The notes beneath the pieces are model-generated. The model did not search any database and was not told the origin of the DNA. It was given only the letters and a program-made list of their open reading frames with translations. From Octopus vulgaris (lineage: Eukaryota), in assembly GCA_951406725.2 (NCBI GenBank), contig OX597843.1, forward strand, positions 21,080,001 through 21,144,000: 64,000 nt of DNA, given 5' to 3'. Every line of letters begins with the position of its first letter. The first letter of the stretch is position 1. The translations under genes were made by a program, and so were the position numbers. Below are positions 37,400 to 50,431 of the stretch, one piece after another.

Positions 37400-39866
37400 T
37401 TTCCGGTTTCATAGGATTATGCTTCGTCATTCATACGTACCATCCTTGCTACATTCACCCATCTTTCTTAAAACATTCGCTAGACAAAACTTGCCTCTCT
37501 GCTCTCACTTTGTTTTTCAAGTGATCCTTGAAGAGATGATACAAGAAGATGTTGAAAGATTGACCAGAGGGGAAAGCGTTTGTCTCCAATCCTTTCATAC
37601 GCGTCCACCAGATACATTATTTCGCCATATGATGAAAATAGCTCTTCCTTTCTGCTTGAAAGAAAGAGGCGTGACAATATTGACGATAGACTCGGCTGTT
37701 AAACCGACTCGTCCCACACATGACAGCAGTTGTTCGACATAAGCCCACAGTTCGGAAATGTTTGGACACTGCACGAGTGCGTGCAGAACGGTTTCGTCAC
37801 TCTGTCCGCATCTCGGGCAGGTCGGCCCCGTATTCCTCGAGCTGTGTCTGTTGAGTTTATCCCGAAGGAGTAGCGCTTCTCGGTAGCACTGCCAGGTAAA
37901 GGATCTCTGGATGTTGTGAATGGGCCCTGGCCCGAAAGTCGTCTTGAACAGGCGGGTCAGATATTCCTCGTCGACGTCCAGGTTCGCCCCGAGCTCGTCG
38001 TCGCGCCCCCCTCCACTAATCCCCTATAGAATGCTTGGGTTGTGTTGATGTCACTCATGGTCGACCCAGGACGGCATAATTGCTTGACAGCAACGGGACA
38101 CTCGCGGTGCCATTCGCCCCTTCTCGGCCTCCTTTTGATCCACGGCTGCAGTTCGGTCATGGAGATGAGTTGCGGGAAAGCGTGCCTCACAAACGGCGAC
38201 CACACCTGTTCACCGTCGTCTACGTAGAGCCTGAGATGTCGCAGTCTCAGCGCGTGTCTGCGCATCATAAAAAAAGGCATGGCCAGTCCTCCCCTTTAAC
38301 GGTTGTTGACAGCAAATGGATCGCATCGGGACGCATCCTTTCCACATGACGCGAAAGAGAATGCGTTCTAGTTTGGTGATGGTAGGGTCGGGACAAGGCA
38401 CGACGGTCAGGCGGTAGTAGATGACGTACGCGATGTACGAGTTCGCCACCTCCGCCCGACATTTTAGGGACAGTTTCTCTCGGCCCATTGCCGGGCGAGA
38501 GTGGCCACCCTGCTCATTATCTCGTTCCACTTTTTCGCCATTTGGAGGTCTCGCCCAAACCAGAACCCGAGAAATTCGACCGGACCGTCGGTCCAGCGTC
38601 CCACAACGGAGGCGCTGGTGGACTGCATGGGCTTGCTTCTCCAGGTGCCGAGTCGCAAGCCCACTGATTTTTCCCGGTTGTTTTCGGTCCTGTCACCGCT
38701 ACGTAGTCTTTCAGTGTCTCGCCGACATGCTCGATGTGCTCGTATGCCGACACGCTCGTCACGAATCCCAATTCTCGTGGGATGACCCTCATAGTTGGCA
38801 GCTTCCGTAATAATGGCTCGAGAGTCAATGCGTTCAGAAGCGACGAGAGGAGGCATCCCTAACGGACATAACGTGCAATGTCTAAAGGTCTCTATAGAAG
38901 TTCATTTTCGCGAATTACCGTACGGATGCCTGTGTACAAAGCGGCTATCCAGCCGCGGAAGACGGGACCGAATCCAGCCGCTCTGAGGACAGCTTCCAAG
39001 TATCGATGGTCTACCCTATCGAAAGCTTTCGATTGATCCAAATTGATCTGCACTCCACCCGTGCCAGATTCCTTAACTACCCTGTCTATGATGTAGTGCA
39101 TCAGGTGGCGGTCGTCATGGATGCTCCGGCCCGGCACGGCGCACGTTTGCGCCTTGTCGACCAGTTTCTCGATGACAAGCGCCAACCTCTTGGCTAACAC
39201 CTTGGCCAAAATTTTCAAGTCCTCCCCTCAGCAAAGTAATGGGCCTAAAGTTATCTATAACATTCCCCTTGTTGAGATCTTTCTTCAGCAGTGTTACGGC
39301 TCCTCGGATCACAAAACCAGGAATGCTCTAGTTTTGCTGGCAGTTGCAGTACACCGCTGCCAAGACGTCTCCAAAAAGTCTGGAATACAACTGTAAAGCT
39401 CGTGGTGTAGACAAACAAAACCCATCGATTTGTCTCTCGAGCATTCTGCCATCGCGTCCTGCGCTTCCGCCGCCCTGATAGCACCTTCGCAGCGCCCTGC
39501 CTCTCTTGTCGAGAATCGTGGTAGGCTGTGCAGGTAGGTACCGAAGTCCACCGAAGTTCTTGCCCGCCACTAGTCTCGAAAAGTCGGCCAAAATGCTGTT
39601 GGAAGGCCTCACACATTTTACTTGGCTCGAGCAATTCGCGCCCCTGTTCATCTACCAGGGGTAGACGACTTTGTTGCTCCGTTGTGCCCCTGTTCATCTA
39701 CCAGGGGTAGATGACTTTGTTGCCCTGTTGCGCCTCTGCCACCCGGGCTTCTCTCGCGGCTCTAACACCTTCGTTCCTTAGAGCACGCATCCTAGCTCTG
39801 ACAACACACCCTTCGTGTTTGGCGTTGAAGTGTTGGTCGAGGGCCAACCTCGCAGCCAAATCGTCG
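37400..39866 (-). mobile_element. 5'-truncated Tx1/L1-clade LINE, GC-rich and frameshifted
   Basis: NFRPITLL; KILAKVLAKRL...QTCAVPGRSIHD...LDQSKAFDRVDH; FLGFWFG; C-terminal CPRCG..ETVLH zinc knuckle. The 5' end abuts (GATA)n. Confidence 0.88.
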
Positions 39867-39959
39867 GATAGATAGATAGATAGATAGAGCGAGAGAGACA
39901 GAGAGAAACATACATACATACAAACATACATACAAACATACTTATATATACATACATAC

Positions 39960-40350
39960 TTAGATAAAAAGAATAAACTTAAAAATCGGTATGCCAATCA
40001 CGTAGCCTCCTTCCGACATAAGGACACAAGCAAAGCTACTAAGTTCGCTACCTATTCTTTGTTAACATTTTGTAATCTTTCCAGCCCTTTAATTTAAGAC
40101 CTAAGGAGGATTACACTTTCACCTTTTCTACATTTTAATTTTTACATTTTTGTGTTTTCATTTTCTTTTGTTTTAACTTTCTACATTTTCTATATGCTAT
40201 ATTCTCAGTTTTCTAAAGTTTCTTCTCTTATTCATTTTTCTTTAGTTCGTAATGATATGTTGTTTGTGCCGGGTGCATATGTTTGAGATATTCCTCAACA
40301 TATGAAACTGAACTTAAAGTCAGGTACTGTGTCCATTAAATAAATAAATA
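39960..40350 (+). mobile_element. Small PLE 3' remnant
   Basis: HVASFRHKDTSKATK resembles a GIY-YIG tail. A hairpin plus GAAAC..GTC half-hammerhead lies at about 40276-40327. Confidence 0.45.
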
Positions 40351-40364
40351 GTATATATATTGTT

Positions 40365-40572
40365 GTTTGTTCATTCTCGAGCCATGCCTGGCTCATAAGG
40401 GACGGGGCACTGGACCTCTGCCGGTGAGCTGCTAGAAGTAGGAGGAAAGAGTGAGAGAATGTGGTGGAGCTGAGGAGTTCCGCTCATAAACAAACATCGC
40501 ATAATCTGAGATTCGAAACCGCGATCCCTCGAGCGCGAGTCTGCTGCTCTAACCACTAGAACTTCTGCCTCC
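40365..40572 (-). mobile_element. tRNA-derived SINE related to 43071-43450
   Basis: Minus strand GGAGGCA..TAGTGGTTAGAGCAGCAGACTCGCG..GGTTTCGAATC. Confidence 0.7.
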
Positions 40573-40614
40573 ATATATATGTTCATGTGCCTCCATATAT
40601 ATATACATATATAC

Positions 40615-41470
40615 ACGATGTTGGACCCGGCTTTACTCGTGTTTTCCGTGTAGAAGTTAAGCCCACCTCTGATCTTGTATCGAAATCTTCTACATTCTCT
40701 CTACCAACTGTTACCAATTAAGATGTTATATCTGATTCGGCAGGCATTTTACCCGCTTAACGCTTTCGACATACTCCTCCATACTGGACCGTCTGAAATA
40801 GCAGTGAAACGTTTGGGTGTACTTCGACACATTGAGAGTGATGTCTGTTTATTTCTCCCCCCCCCTGAATGTCATTGTTGTTACAAAATTAAGCAGTGTG
40901 TTCAATCTGAGTAAAATCTAAAGAAAAGTGGTAAGGTTATGTCATAAAATAGAATCCATGTGACCATTTACATGAAAATATTCCATTAACATTTTAATCT
41001 CAATACGTTATATAAATAACCGACGTTTTATATATTATAATTTTACACACTGGACAATTTTCTTCAAAATCAGTTCGTTATTTCATTGTGAATGATTTTG
41101 ACGATTTCTGCCTTTCATCATTTTAATTTTAATGCTATTACATGACTCAGGCCTTAAACTTTACCTAAAAGTCGAAGTTCATCAAAATCGGATGAATTGT
41201 GTAAAAGTTACAGCCTAAAATACTAATCCTATGGGTGATTGCATACAATAAGCCTATTGATTTTTTAAAACGCAGTTATCGATTTTTTGTCAACTCTTCA
41301 TCTGGTATCAACTAATGGACATGAACTGTAATCACGTGTAAAATTTCTACAAAATCGTTAAAAATGTCTGTATGCACATTTATCTACACTTCATATTTCA
41401 TTAAAATCGGATGAAAAATATGAAATTTACGGCCAAAAATAAAACCCCTGTGGGTATAGGTTTTTAAATT
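40615..41470 (+). mobile_element. Non-autonomous Helitron-like element related to 14340-15572, truncated by the PLE
   Basis: About 40880-41460 aligns by eye with about 14370-15010 (shared GTAAGGTTAT..CATAAAA and CATCAAAATCGGATGAATT). Confidence 0.6.
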
Positions 41471-41484
41471 TTAGGAGTTTATCT

Positions 41485-43028
41485 ATTCCGTCAAAAATCC
41501 GGAATTGCTATGGGTACAAGGGCAGCACCAGTCATTGCGAACTTAACAATGGGATAGATGGAAATAATCATTTACCAGGAATCTCTATCAATCTTTGGAA
41601 ACTCCCTCTCTCAATACATAAAAGAGAATTGGAAACGATTCCTAGACGATTGTTTCATTCTCTGGAATGAAAACATAGATAAACTCCTAAAATTTAAAAA
41701 CCTATTGAACAGCATAAACCCAAATATACAGTTCACAATGGAATACAACCAAAAGGAGCTCCCGTTCTTGGATATACTAATTAAAAAAATTAACCTTAAA
41801 ATAGAAACAGACATTTTTTACAAAACCACAGACGCCAAACAATACCTTCTTTTTAATTCATGCCACCCAAGACACACTAAAACAAACATCCCCTTCAACC
41901 TTGCAAGAAGGATATGCACAATAGTGTCAGAACAAAATACCAGGAACTTTAGACTGCAAGAACTCAAAAACACCCTAATTGACAGACATTACCCAGCTCA
42001 ACTCATAGAGGATGGGATCAGACGTGCAACAGAAATCAACATAGAAACTTAAAGAAAAGTTCAACACAACAACACACCTTCCCCGAAAATACTACCTTAC
42101 ATATCTACATACAACCCCAGAAACAAAGAAGCCTTCACCATCATCACCCAGAATTTACCAATACTTCATAAAAACCCAAAATTAAAGGAAATTCTAAACA
42201 TACACCAAATCATTAAAAGCTACAAACAGCCTAAATCACTTAAAAAGATTCTCACAAAGGCAAAATTGTCTTCTAAAATTACGGATGCAAAAGTAAAAAA
42301 ATGTGGTAGATCGAACTGTGCAACATGTCCTAAACTATTGGAAGGATCAGAATTCTTCTTTAAAGAGGGACAGAAATTTAAGATCAAATCTAACTTTACT
42401 TGTGCCTCTGAAAACATAATTTATGTTATTAAATGCCCGGGCTGCCACCAAGACTACGTGGGTTCCACGGGACTATCACTCAGGCGTAGATGCACACTGC
42501 ATCGACAACAGATTGCATTCCCAGAATATAGAATGATACCTTTTAGTGAGCACATTGAGAAATGCGCAAAGCAACTACTGCCACAATTTTTAATCTTCCC
42601 ATTTTACCAATGTGCTTTCGGATCATCAACACAAATGAGACTGAACAAGGAAACATTCTTCATTGAAAAGTACAAACCCAGACTCAACCACCCGAACATA
42701 CTGACACAGAGAAATTAACAAGGGAAAGGGAAAACAAAATTTTAAGCGATTATCTCCCTTACACCGGAAGAAATCACTCACTACCTCCCCTTATTTAGAA
42801 ATCTTCTGGAAATAAAAACAACGATAACTCCATGCAATATAAACATAACGTCACAAGAAATTTGAAAAGCTACACGCGAAACCGGTAATTTCTTTAAAAA
42901 ATTTTAAAATTATGACATTTTAAGGAAAGGAAAAAAAATTTGTCCAATATTCTCCAGACATTTTGACACAAATATATATATTTTTTAACATTTAAGCCTT
43001 CTGTCGTTTTTTCACACTTTACTATTTT

Positions 43029-43030
<2 letters not shown>
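41485..43030 (+). mobile_element. 5'-truncated Neptune-type Penelope-like element
   Basis: GIAMGTRAAPVIANL, WKRFLDDCF and LPFLDI; linker zinc finger CGRSNCATC; GIY-YIG NIIYVIKC..DYVGSTG. Two in-frame stops. Ends at (TA)n. Confidence 0.9.
42855..42894 (+). ncRNA. 40-nt minimal hammerhead motif, U3-A8 variant, in the PLE 3' region
   Basis: AAGAAAT-TTGAAAA-GC TACAC GC-GAAA-CCGG-TA-ATTTCTT: 7-bp stem I and palindromic ACCGGT. Confidence 0.7.
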
Positions 43031-43070
<40 letters not shown>

Positions 43071-43071
<1 letters not shown>

Positions 43072-43448
43072 GAGGCGCAATGGCCCAGTGGTTAGGGCAG
43101 CGGACTCGCGGTCGTAGGATCGCGGTTTCGATTCCCAGACCGGGCGTTGTGAGTGTCTGTTGAGCGAAAACACCTAAAGCTTCATGAGGCTCCGGCAGGG
43201 ATGGTGGTAATCCCTGCTGTACTCTTTCACCACAACATTCTCTCACTCTTTCTTCCTGTTTCTGTTGTACCTGTATTTCAAAGGGCCGGCCTAGTCACTC
43301 TCTGTGTCACGCTGAATATCCCCGAGAACTACGTTAAGGGTACACGTGTCTGTGGAGTGCTCAGCCACTTACACGTTAATTTCACGAGCAGGCTGTTCCG
43401 TTGGTCGGATCAACCGGAACCCTCATCGTCGTAACCGACGGAGTGCTT

Positions 43449-43450
<2 letters not shown>
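43071..43450 (+). mobile_element. Full-length tRNA-derived SINE (tRNA-Arg-like head) within (TA)n
   Basis: A box TGGCCCAGTGG and B box GGTTTCGATTCC. (TA)n on both sides. Confidence 0.88.
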
Positions 43451-43520
<70 letters not shown>

Positions 43521-44052
43521 CGTATGTATTCCTATGTAATACATACATATGTATGTATTACAGGTTTGACGTATGGGGTTTCACATGTCACAGATAAATT
43601 CCTCTATTTACATAATACTGAGGTCCCATTCATTCTTTTGTTGGTATACCGCTGCTATTAATATATATATGTATAGTAAGAGAAGGGATATAATATGAAA
43701 GCAGATAGCGAATGGCAAGGCTGGTACCTTCAGATGGTAGGTTTACGCTGAATGTCCTTTAGGTCCCAACCGATGTAACAGTTTATTTTTTGGCAACGTA
43801 GATATACAGTCTAATTATGATAATAATGGGATTGAGTTTGTATATTCAAATTGTTAATTCTCTCTGTCTCTCTCTCACTCTTTCTTTCTTTCATTCTATC
43901 TTTCTTTCTTTCTCTCTTTCGCTTTCTCTCTCACACTCTCTCTCTACACATATATACTTATAAATTGAAGATATACTCATTAAAATGTTATTTGTTATAA
44001 ACATTTATATATGTATATGTTAGGGTGTGTGTGTGTAAGTACATGTATATAT

Positions 44053-46720
44053 AAAGAAGAATTGGATGCTCATATCAAGGAAACCTACAACGATCCGCAC
44101 CGTAACCAGCCGCTGCCACCTCTACATGGGCTAAATCATCTCTCAGGACCTGATATCGAATTCCAGATTGGGGACATCAGGGAGAGAGGTGAATGACTTT
44201 GTAAGAAAAGCTAGAGCAGAGAGTGCCCCAGGAGGTGATGGCGTCTCATATAAAGCCTACAAATACTGCAATCGTCTGCGAAAGAAGCTCTTCGTCCTAC
44301 TCCGAAAACTGTAGCGCGAGGAGACTATAGTAGAGGATTGGTGTAAGGCAGGGGATTGGTGTAATATACCTGGCGAAAGAGGCCAATACAAAGACCATAA
44401 AACAGTTAAGGCCGATATCCTTATTGAATGTGGAAGGCAAGATTTTTATGGGAATTCCGTCGAGGAGAACAGTGGCATATTTACAGAGTAACGGATATGT
44501 TGATGAATCTCTACAATAGGCCGGAATACCCGGGATCCCTGGATGCGTTGAACACTGTTTTTCGATTTGGAAAGCGATCCAGGACGCCAAACAGAACAAG
44601 AAAAGTCTGAACGTGGTAAGCCTCGACCTAGCTAACGCGTATGGTTCAGTGCCACACGAATTACTAATAACAGCCATGGACCACTTCCATATTACTGACA
44701 AAGTGATCAAAATAATGAGGATGTACTATGACAGTTTAGAGGTTGACATTGCTGCTGGCTGTACAATATCTGTCACATTGTTTATCTTGGTTAGGAGTTG
44801 ATTTTGAAAGGTGTAGATTTTCCGGAACAAATCGCCCATGTACAATCGCCTAAGAAAGAGTTCATGGATGATGTGTCATTTCTAGCTACAGATAAACAAA
44901 TCATGCAGAATGCCCTCTTGAGATTAGACGAACTTGTAAGGTGGTCAAGGATGCGATTTAGAGCCAAAAAGCCGCGTAGTCTGACATTTGTTAAAGGAGT
45001 ACAGAAAGAATTTAAGTTCCGGATATCTGAAGAAAGCATTCCAACAGTCAAGGAAGAGCCCGTCAAGAGCTTGGGACGAGTATACGCTGGAACCTTGTCA
45101 GACAGAAGTCATGGGATTGAAATTGTGAAACAGGCCGAAGCTGGGTTATCAGCGATTGATAATACGAGGTTACCAGGTAAATATAAAATTTGGTGCTTGC
45201 AGTTCGGCTTGTACCCGCGACTTGCGTGGCCACTTTTAATATACGAAGTAGCATTGTCACGAGTTGAAAGCATTGAACAAAAATGTAATGTGTTCATTAG
45301 AAAGTGGCTAGGCCTACCTCGTATGTTGAACAACTCAGCTCTTTATCATAAAAGAGGTTGTTGCATCAATAGTCGAAATATATAAGCTGGGGAAGATACG
45401 GACGGTCATGATGCTGAGAGAATCGAAGGATATGAAAATCAGGCGTAACCCACCAGAGATGAACACAGCCAGGAAGTGGAAAGCAGAAGCAGAAACTCAC
45501 GACATTTTGTCTTCTCTTATACACAGAGATATGGTGGGAGCAACGCAGAATCATCGGAAAGGACTTGGTTTTGGCGCAGATCAATTCAGACCGTTTGCAA
45601 GCATGATGCGGAGTGAACGCAGATCTGTTGTTAGCAACAGCGTCAAAACAAGAGAAGCAGAGAGAAGAGATCTTCATTTGATCCGATGTGTTCATCAAGG
45701 TCAGATGACGAGATGGCAAGAACATGTTGTTGAGAGGAAGATAAGTTGGGATGAGATGTGAAAGTGGACAACATCTCGGCTGAGTTTCCTGATTCGTTCA
45801 TCTTATGATGTTTTGCCATCACCTACGAATCTAGTAAGATGGAACGTCTTAGAGAATGACATCTGCAAATGTGGAAAGGTCGGTACACTAAAACATATTC
45901 TTTCCAACTATTCATTAGCATTGAACAAGTATACATGGAGGCACAACTTGTTCCTTAAGGTTATCTTCAATGCTATAAAGAACAAAATTCATCTCAACAA
46001 CACTGAGGAAAAACCGTTGAAAGTACCATCAAGAGATTTCATTACCTTCGTGCGACCAGGACAGCGGATCCGTTTCAAGAAGAAGATCAAGAAACTTCCT
46101 GAGAAAAATGAAAAGTGGAACGGCTATTGGGAGGTAACTGCAGATTTACCTGGGTGCCAGGTTTTCTTTCCCATCCCAGTTTCGAAAAAACCAGATATTT
46201 TGATGTGGTGTGAAAGAAAGAAAGTTGTAAATATAGTCGAGCTAACGGTTCCTCATGAAGATAATATGGACGCCGCTCGGGCTCGAAAATTGAGCCGTTA
46301 TGAAAACCTCCTCGAGGAATGTGAAGACGCAGGCTGGAAAGTGGAACATTTTCCTATCGAAGTCGGATGTAGAGGGTTTCTTGGATACAGCGTGAGACGA
46401 CTGTTGTTATCGCTAGGCCTAACTCATCGTAAAGTCAATACCACCATGACTGATATCCAATCTACAGTGGAGAAGGCCACTGGATTTGGTTAACAAGAGA
46501 CGATGAGCGATGGCTAGAAGTATATTGAGTTTAACTTCATAACCAGCTGATCTAGCAAGCTGGGCCTCGTATCAGTGAGGGGGGCCGGTGCGCATTGATG
46601 CCGTCGAGATGTAGGCCCCGAAACGGCGTGCATTCTCTCCTGATGACCCATACACTTGCTAGCTTCCGGTATACGGAGCTTTTAACTGGTAGCACTTGCA
46701 TGTGCAAGTTGTTTGCAAGA
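44053..46720 (+). mobile_element. 5'-truncated Hero-type RLE LINE, decayed
   Basis: SAPGGDG, RPISLLNVEGKIF, LDLANAYGSVPH, FMDD, WLGLPR, zinc knuckle CKCGKVGTLKHIL, and RLE KPDIL..VELTVPHE..IEVGCRGF. Short TA runs at both ends. Confidence 0.9.
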
Positions 46721-49540
46721 CATATATATATTCAAATAAATTCTCTCTCTCTGATCCACAGATCCAGTTCACAGATCCTTGATGATCCTACTAATGGACA
46801 GTAAAGACACACGAAACCAAGAAAAAACCTCTATGAATAAATTATGTAAATGTCCCGCCCTGTGATTTGTATTTGTTCCTCAAGATGAAGGAGTTGAAGG
46901 GGACTGTAACAGGGGTCCTGGAGACACTCTCTTTCAGATGAGATTTCAGCTTAGGTCTGTAGATTATTTTTCGAAAGCTGCACCGTGAGAGGTTCCACAG
47001 TTTAATGTGCCTCTTGGTTATCCAAACGATAATCGATGCGAGATGAAGAACTGATTTTAATATAAGTCATTTACGCAATTCGGTAGCTTAATAACGCCTA
47101 CGTTTGATAGGTCCGAAGACGTCACTAGTAATACTGTTTGGAAACATGGCGGTTCTGTCCACTGACATGACAGAGGTTCCTCTGTCAAGCATCATGTCTA
47201 TGTTACCGTTGGTGAATGAATGAGGTTCAAACTAAGACTACGCCTGTCATATTGTTTCCTATGGCTTCAACTCTATGCGTAAATTGAATGAAGTATGGGT
47301 GTTATGCCTTGCCAAAGTGCAATCCGTGTTTGGTCCAGGGCAATGTTTTATCCATATTAAGCATACCCAAACCCAAACCCTAACCCTATATTTAGAGGCT
47401 GTTCCCCATTCTATCGCGTACAGTATACTCATATACAACAACAATCTATAGAAGAGTACCTCTCTGTTAAATAATTTTGCTGAATTCAAATGTGGAATCC
47501 ATTTTTTAGGATTACGTCTAGATTTCAAGATACCCAAACCCTCAATTTTCACTATTTTCCTCATATTTAAGGGGAAATATATTGGGAAATGTAGTACGAA
47601 TGTCTATTATGGTTTATCGATTATTTTATTAAAGGTCTGGTGTAAACATCGGGTAATGAAATAATGGCCGCAGCGAGCATTAGTCCCAGGGTATTTTAAT
47701 GTGAATGAACAGACTTTAGTTCAGCCGGAGAAAATCATCCAACATCCATGTCTTATCAAGGCAGATTGTAACTAAATACGATGCTGGGATATTGAGGATC
47801 AGCACTGAAGAAAACCATTCAAACACAAATTCATGAAAAAATAGGCATGAACAATAATGTAAACTGTCTGTAGAAATTTAGAGATATATGCTAGCTTTTC
47901 AGTAGAAGTTCAAAAAATCCTAGTTTTGAAGACAATGCAATTTCTATGTATATTAGTACGTTCTTCATAAGCTGGTTTATTCGAAAACAAAACAAAGACA
48001 TTCTCTGGATCCAGTATCTTACAATTCTGATGTGATCGTATTAAATTGATGTCCGTTTCGGATTCTGTGTGTCAAAAGACTCCCAGTTCGTCTCCAGTTA
48101 TTTCGTTAGCTGACGATATTTCCAAAGTATTGTCTTGAATAAAGTTTAAATTGTTTATACACCAAGAACGGGGATATATATTTTCATACCGTTGAATAAG
48201 GACAGATTTCATATTTTCTTTCGAGTAGGAGTAAAGCAGGCTTGAAACCGATTCACAGGATGACCAAGTCTAGAGGGAAGGAGAAAAGATGGTATTCTTC
48301 AACTGAAGAATGTTTAAGACAATATGGACTTCACTAAAGGCACTTAAAATTACTAGGTGGCGGTTTTGAACAGAGATGTGGTTTAAGACTACCATTGAAA
48401 TAGGCCATTAGAGACAGAGAAAGGATACAGCATAGCCGTAGACACGGTGTTGAAACACGGTCATTTGTAATGGGCTGAAGATTAGACAAGTGTCTCTCAC
48501 AACCTTACTTGAAAACTTACACTTCGTTGAGAATTATTAGCAGTGAAGTTCTTTCTTGGCGAAAGTAGATCCTTTGCATAGCTAGTACGGTATTTTAAAG
48601 TCCAATCCTTCTCTTTGCAGCCAAAACTTCAGACCATTTACAATGCTCAAGTGAAACACACAATGAAGAAATCTTTCTACACCTGGAAGGGTGATACACA
48701 TCCGGGATTGCATCGAAAGAAGGGTGACGTGGCTAAATTTTACTCTATCCCTAATAGACATACTCTAACAGCTATCTCGCAGGCAGGATATCTCTTCTCT
48801 TTGTTTTGCCACTGTCACTGTCATGCTACAGATTCTTGTAGGAGTTGGCTGAGCTCTTGACCCCACCAAGCAGGTACTACCGACTCACTCATCTATTCCT
48901 TTGCTCCTCGATCTTAAACATCAGTTCGTTTTCAGTATGAACCTCTGTGCTAAACACTTCAACCCCTTCATCATTCCTGTAAATGTTTGCCTGTAGCAGC
49001 TTAAACGGAACGTTCATGGTATCTATCTCAGATTTCATTCAATTCACGCTTAAATTATGAAAGATGAAAATACCTAACTTATTAAACGGAACATTGATTT
49101 TGCTATTCCACATCTTCAGATTTACGAGGTTTAAAGAATAACATTAACAAAACATTGCTATTTGCTTTACATTAGGATTTCTCAAATGGTTAAAATGTTC
49201 CAAATTTGTTGACAAATGGGTCTGATCGAATGAATCGATGCAGTTTAGTATTTGAATATTTGATTATAACTTGAAGTGATTAATGCTGTGATGCGAAGAG
49301 CGAGAGAAAAGATGGAGTAGAGGGAAGAAGCGGGTAAGGTGAAGAGCGAGAGAAAAACAGGCAGAGAGAGAAGGAGGGAGAGGAAAAGAGGGTAAGAGAA
49401 GCGTCTATGACGTGTGGTAGGGGGAACGTAATAGTTATTACGTGGTTAAAAATGTTGGTTGAAGGTAGTGATATAGAGGAGAGTGAGAAACAGAATTGTA
49501 GCAGAGGATCGATGTTCTGATGGTGAGATTAAAGAAAGGC

Positions 49541-49581
<41 letters not shown>

Positions 49582-50368
49582 GATGATGATGATGATGAAT
49601 GTGTTTGTGGTGTTAGTGGTGGTGGTGGTGGAGGTTGCGTTGGTGAGTGTATGCGAAGAGTGTAATGTTTTAATTGATATATTTTTTAATACCACCTATT
49701 ACTTAAAGCATGCGCATAAGCGCAATCGTCTGCTCGCTTGAAAAATGTTATTTGTTTATAAACCAAAGATGAGAGACGATGTAAGCGAACATCAGAAAGA
49801 ATGAAACCAAATGGGCAATGGCACCAAGAGAAGCAGAGGGTCTTATCCAGAAGGACTGAAGGTGTTTTAAAACGACAATTATGTAGAATATACAATTTAT
49901 AAAGGAGCGCTAATTTTTATGTCTCTACATAAACTTACAACCATCTTAAAACTTTCGCATTTTCCGCGGAATTTCTACGGGTGCTGCTAGTGTATTAAAG
50001 AATTACTCTGCTAATGCTGCTCCATCTCTCCAGACGTGAAATCTTTTAAAAACACTTAAAAATTACATAAGTTTTCAGGTGAATCGAGACATATTCATCA
50101 GCAGAAACTTCACCTGAACTTGCATAATTCTTCAGGACTAATAATTGATATGTGTTTATTGTTTGTGATAACGTAAATTTCACTTTTGACATTCTATTAC
50201 AAATAAAATTTTCTTAAGTTGCTCATACAACACTTTTTCGCATTCTTCATTTACGTATTTTAAGAATTTGACAGTTTGAGCGCATCTCTTTATTATCTGC
50301 ACTTTAAACCATCAGTTTAACTTTTAATTGCATAAATAATTATTTCTTCTCTCTCTCTTTGTCTCTCT

Positions 50369-50431
<63 letters not shown>

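Noticed and set aside
37400-39866. Bacterial contamination or horizontal transfer suggested by high GC
   Set aside because: It translates as a Tx1/L1-clade LINE ORF2, so the composition is intrinsic to the element.
47365-47388. Interstitial telomeric repeat (CCCAAA/CCCTAA)
   Set aside because: Only three to four imperfect units, which is compatible with chance.
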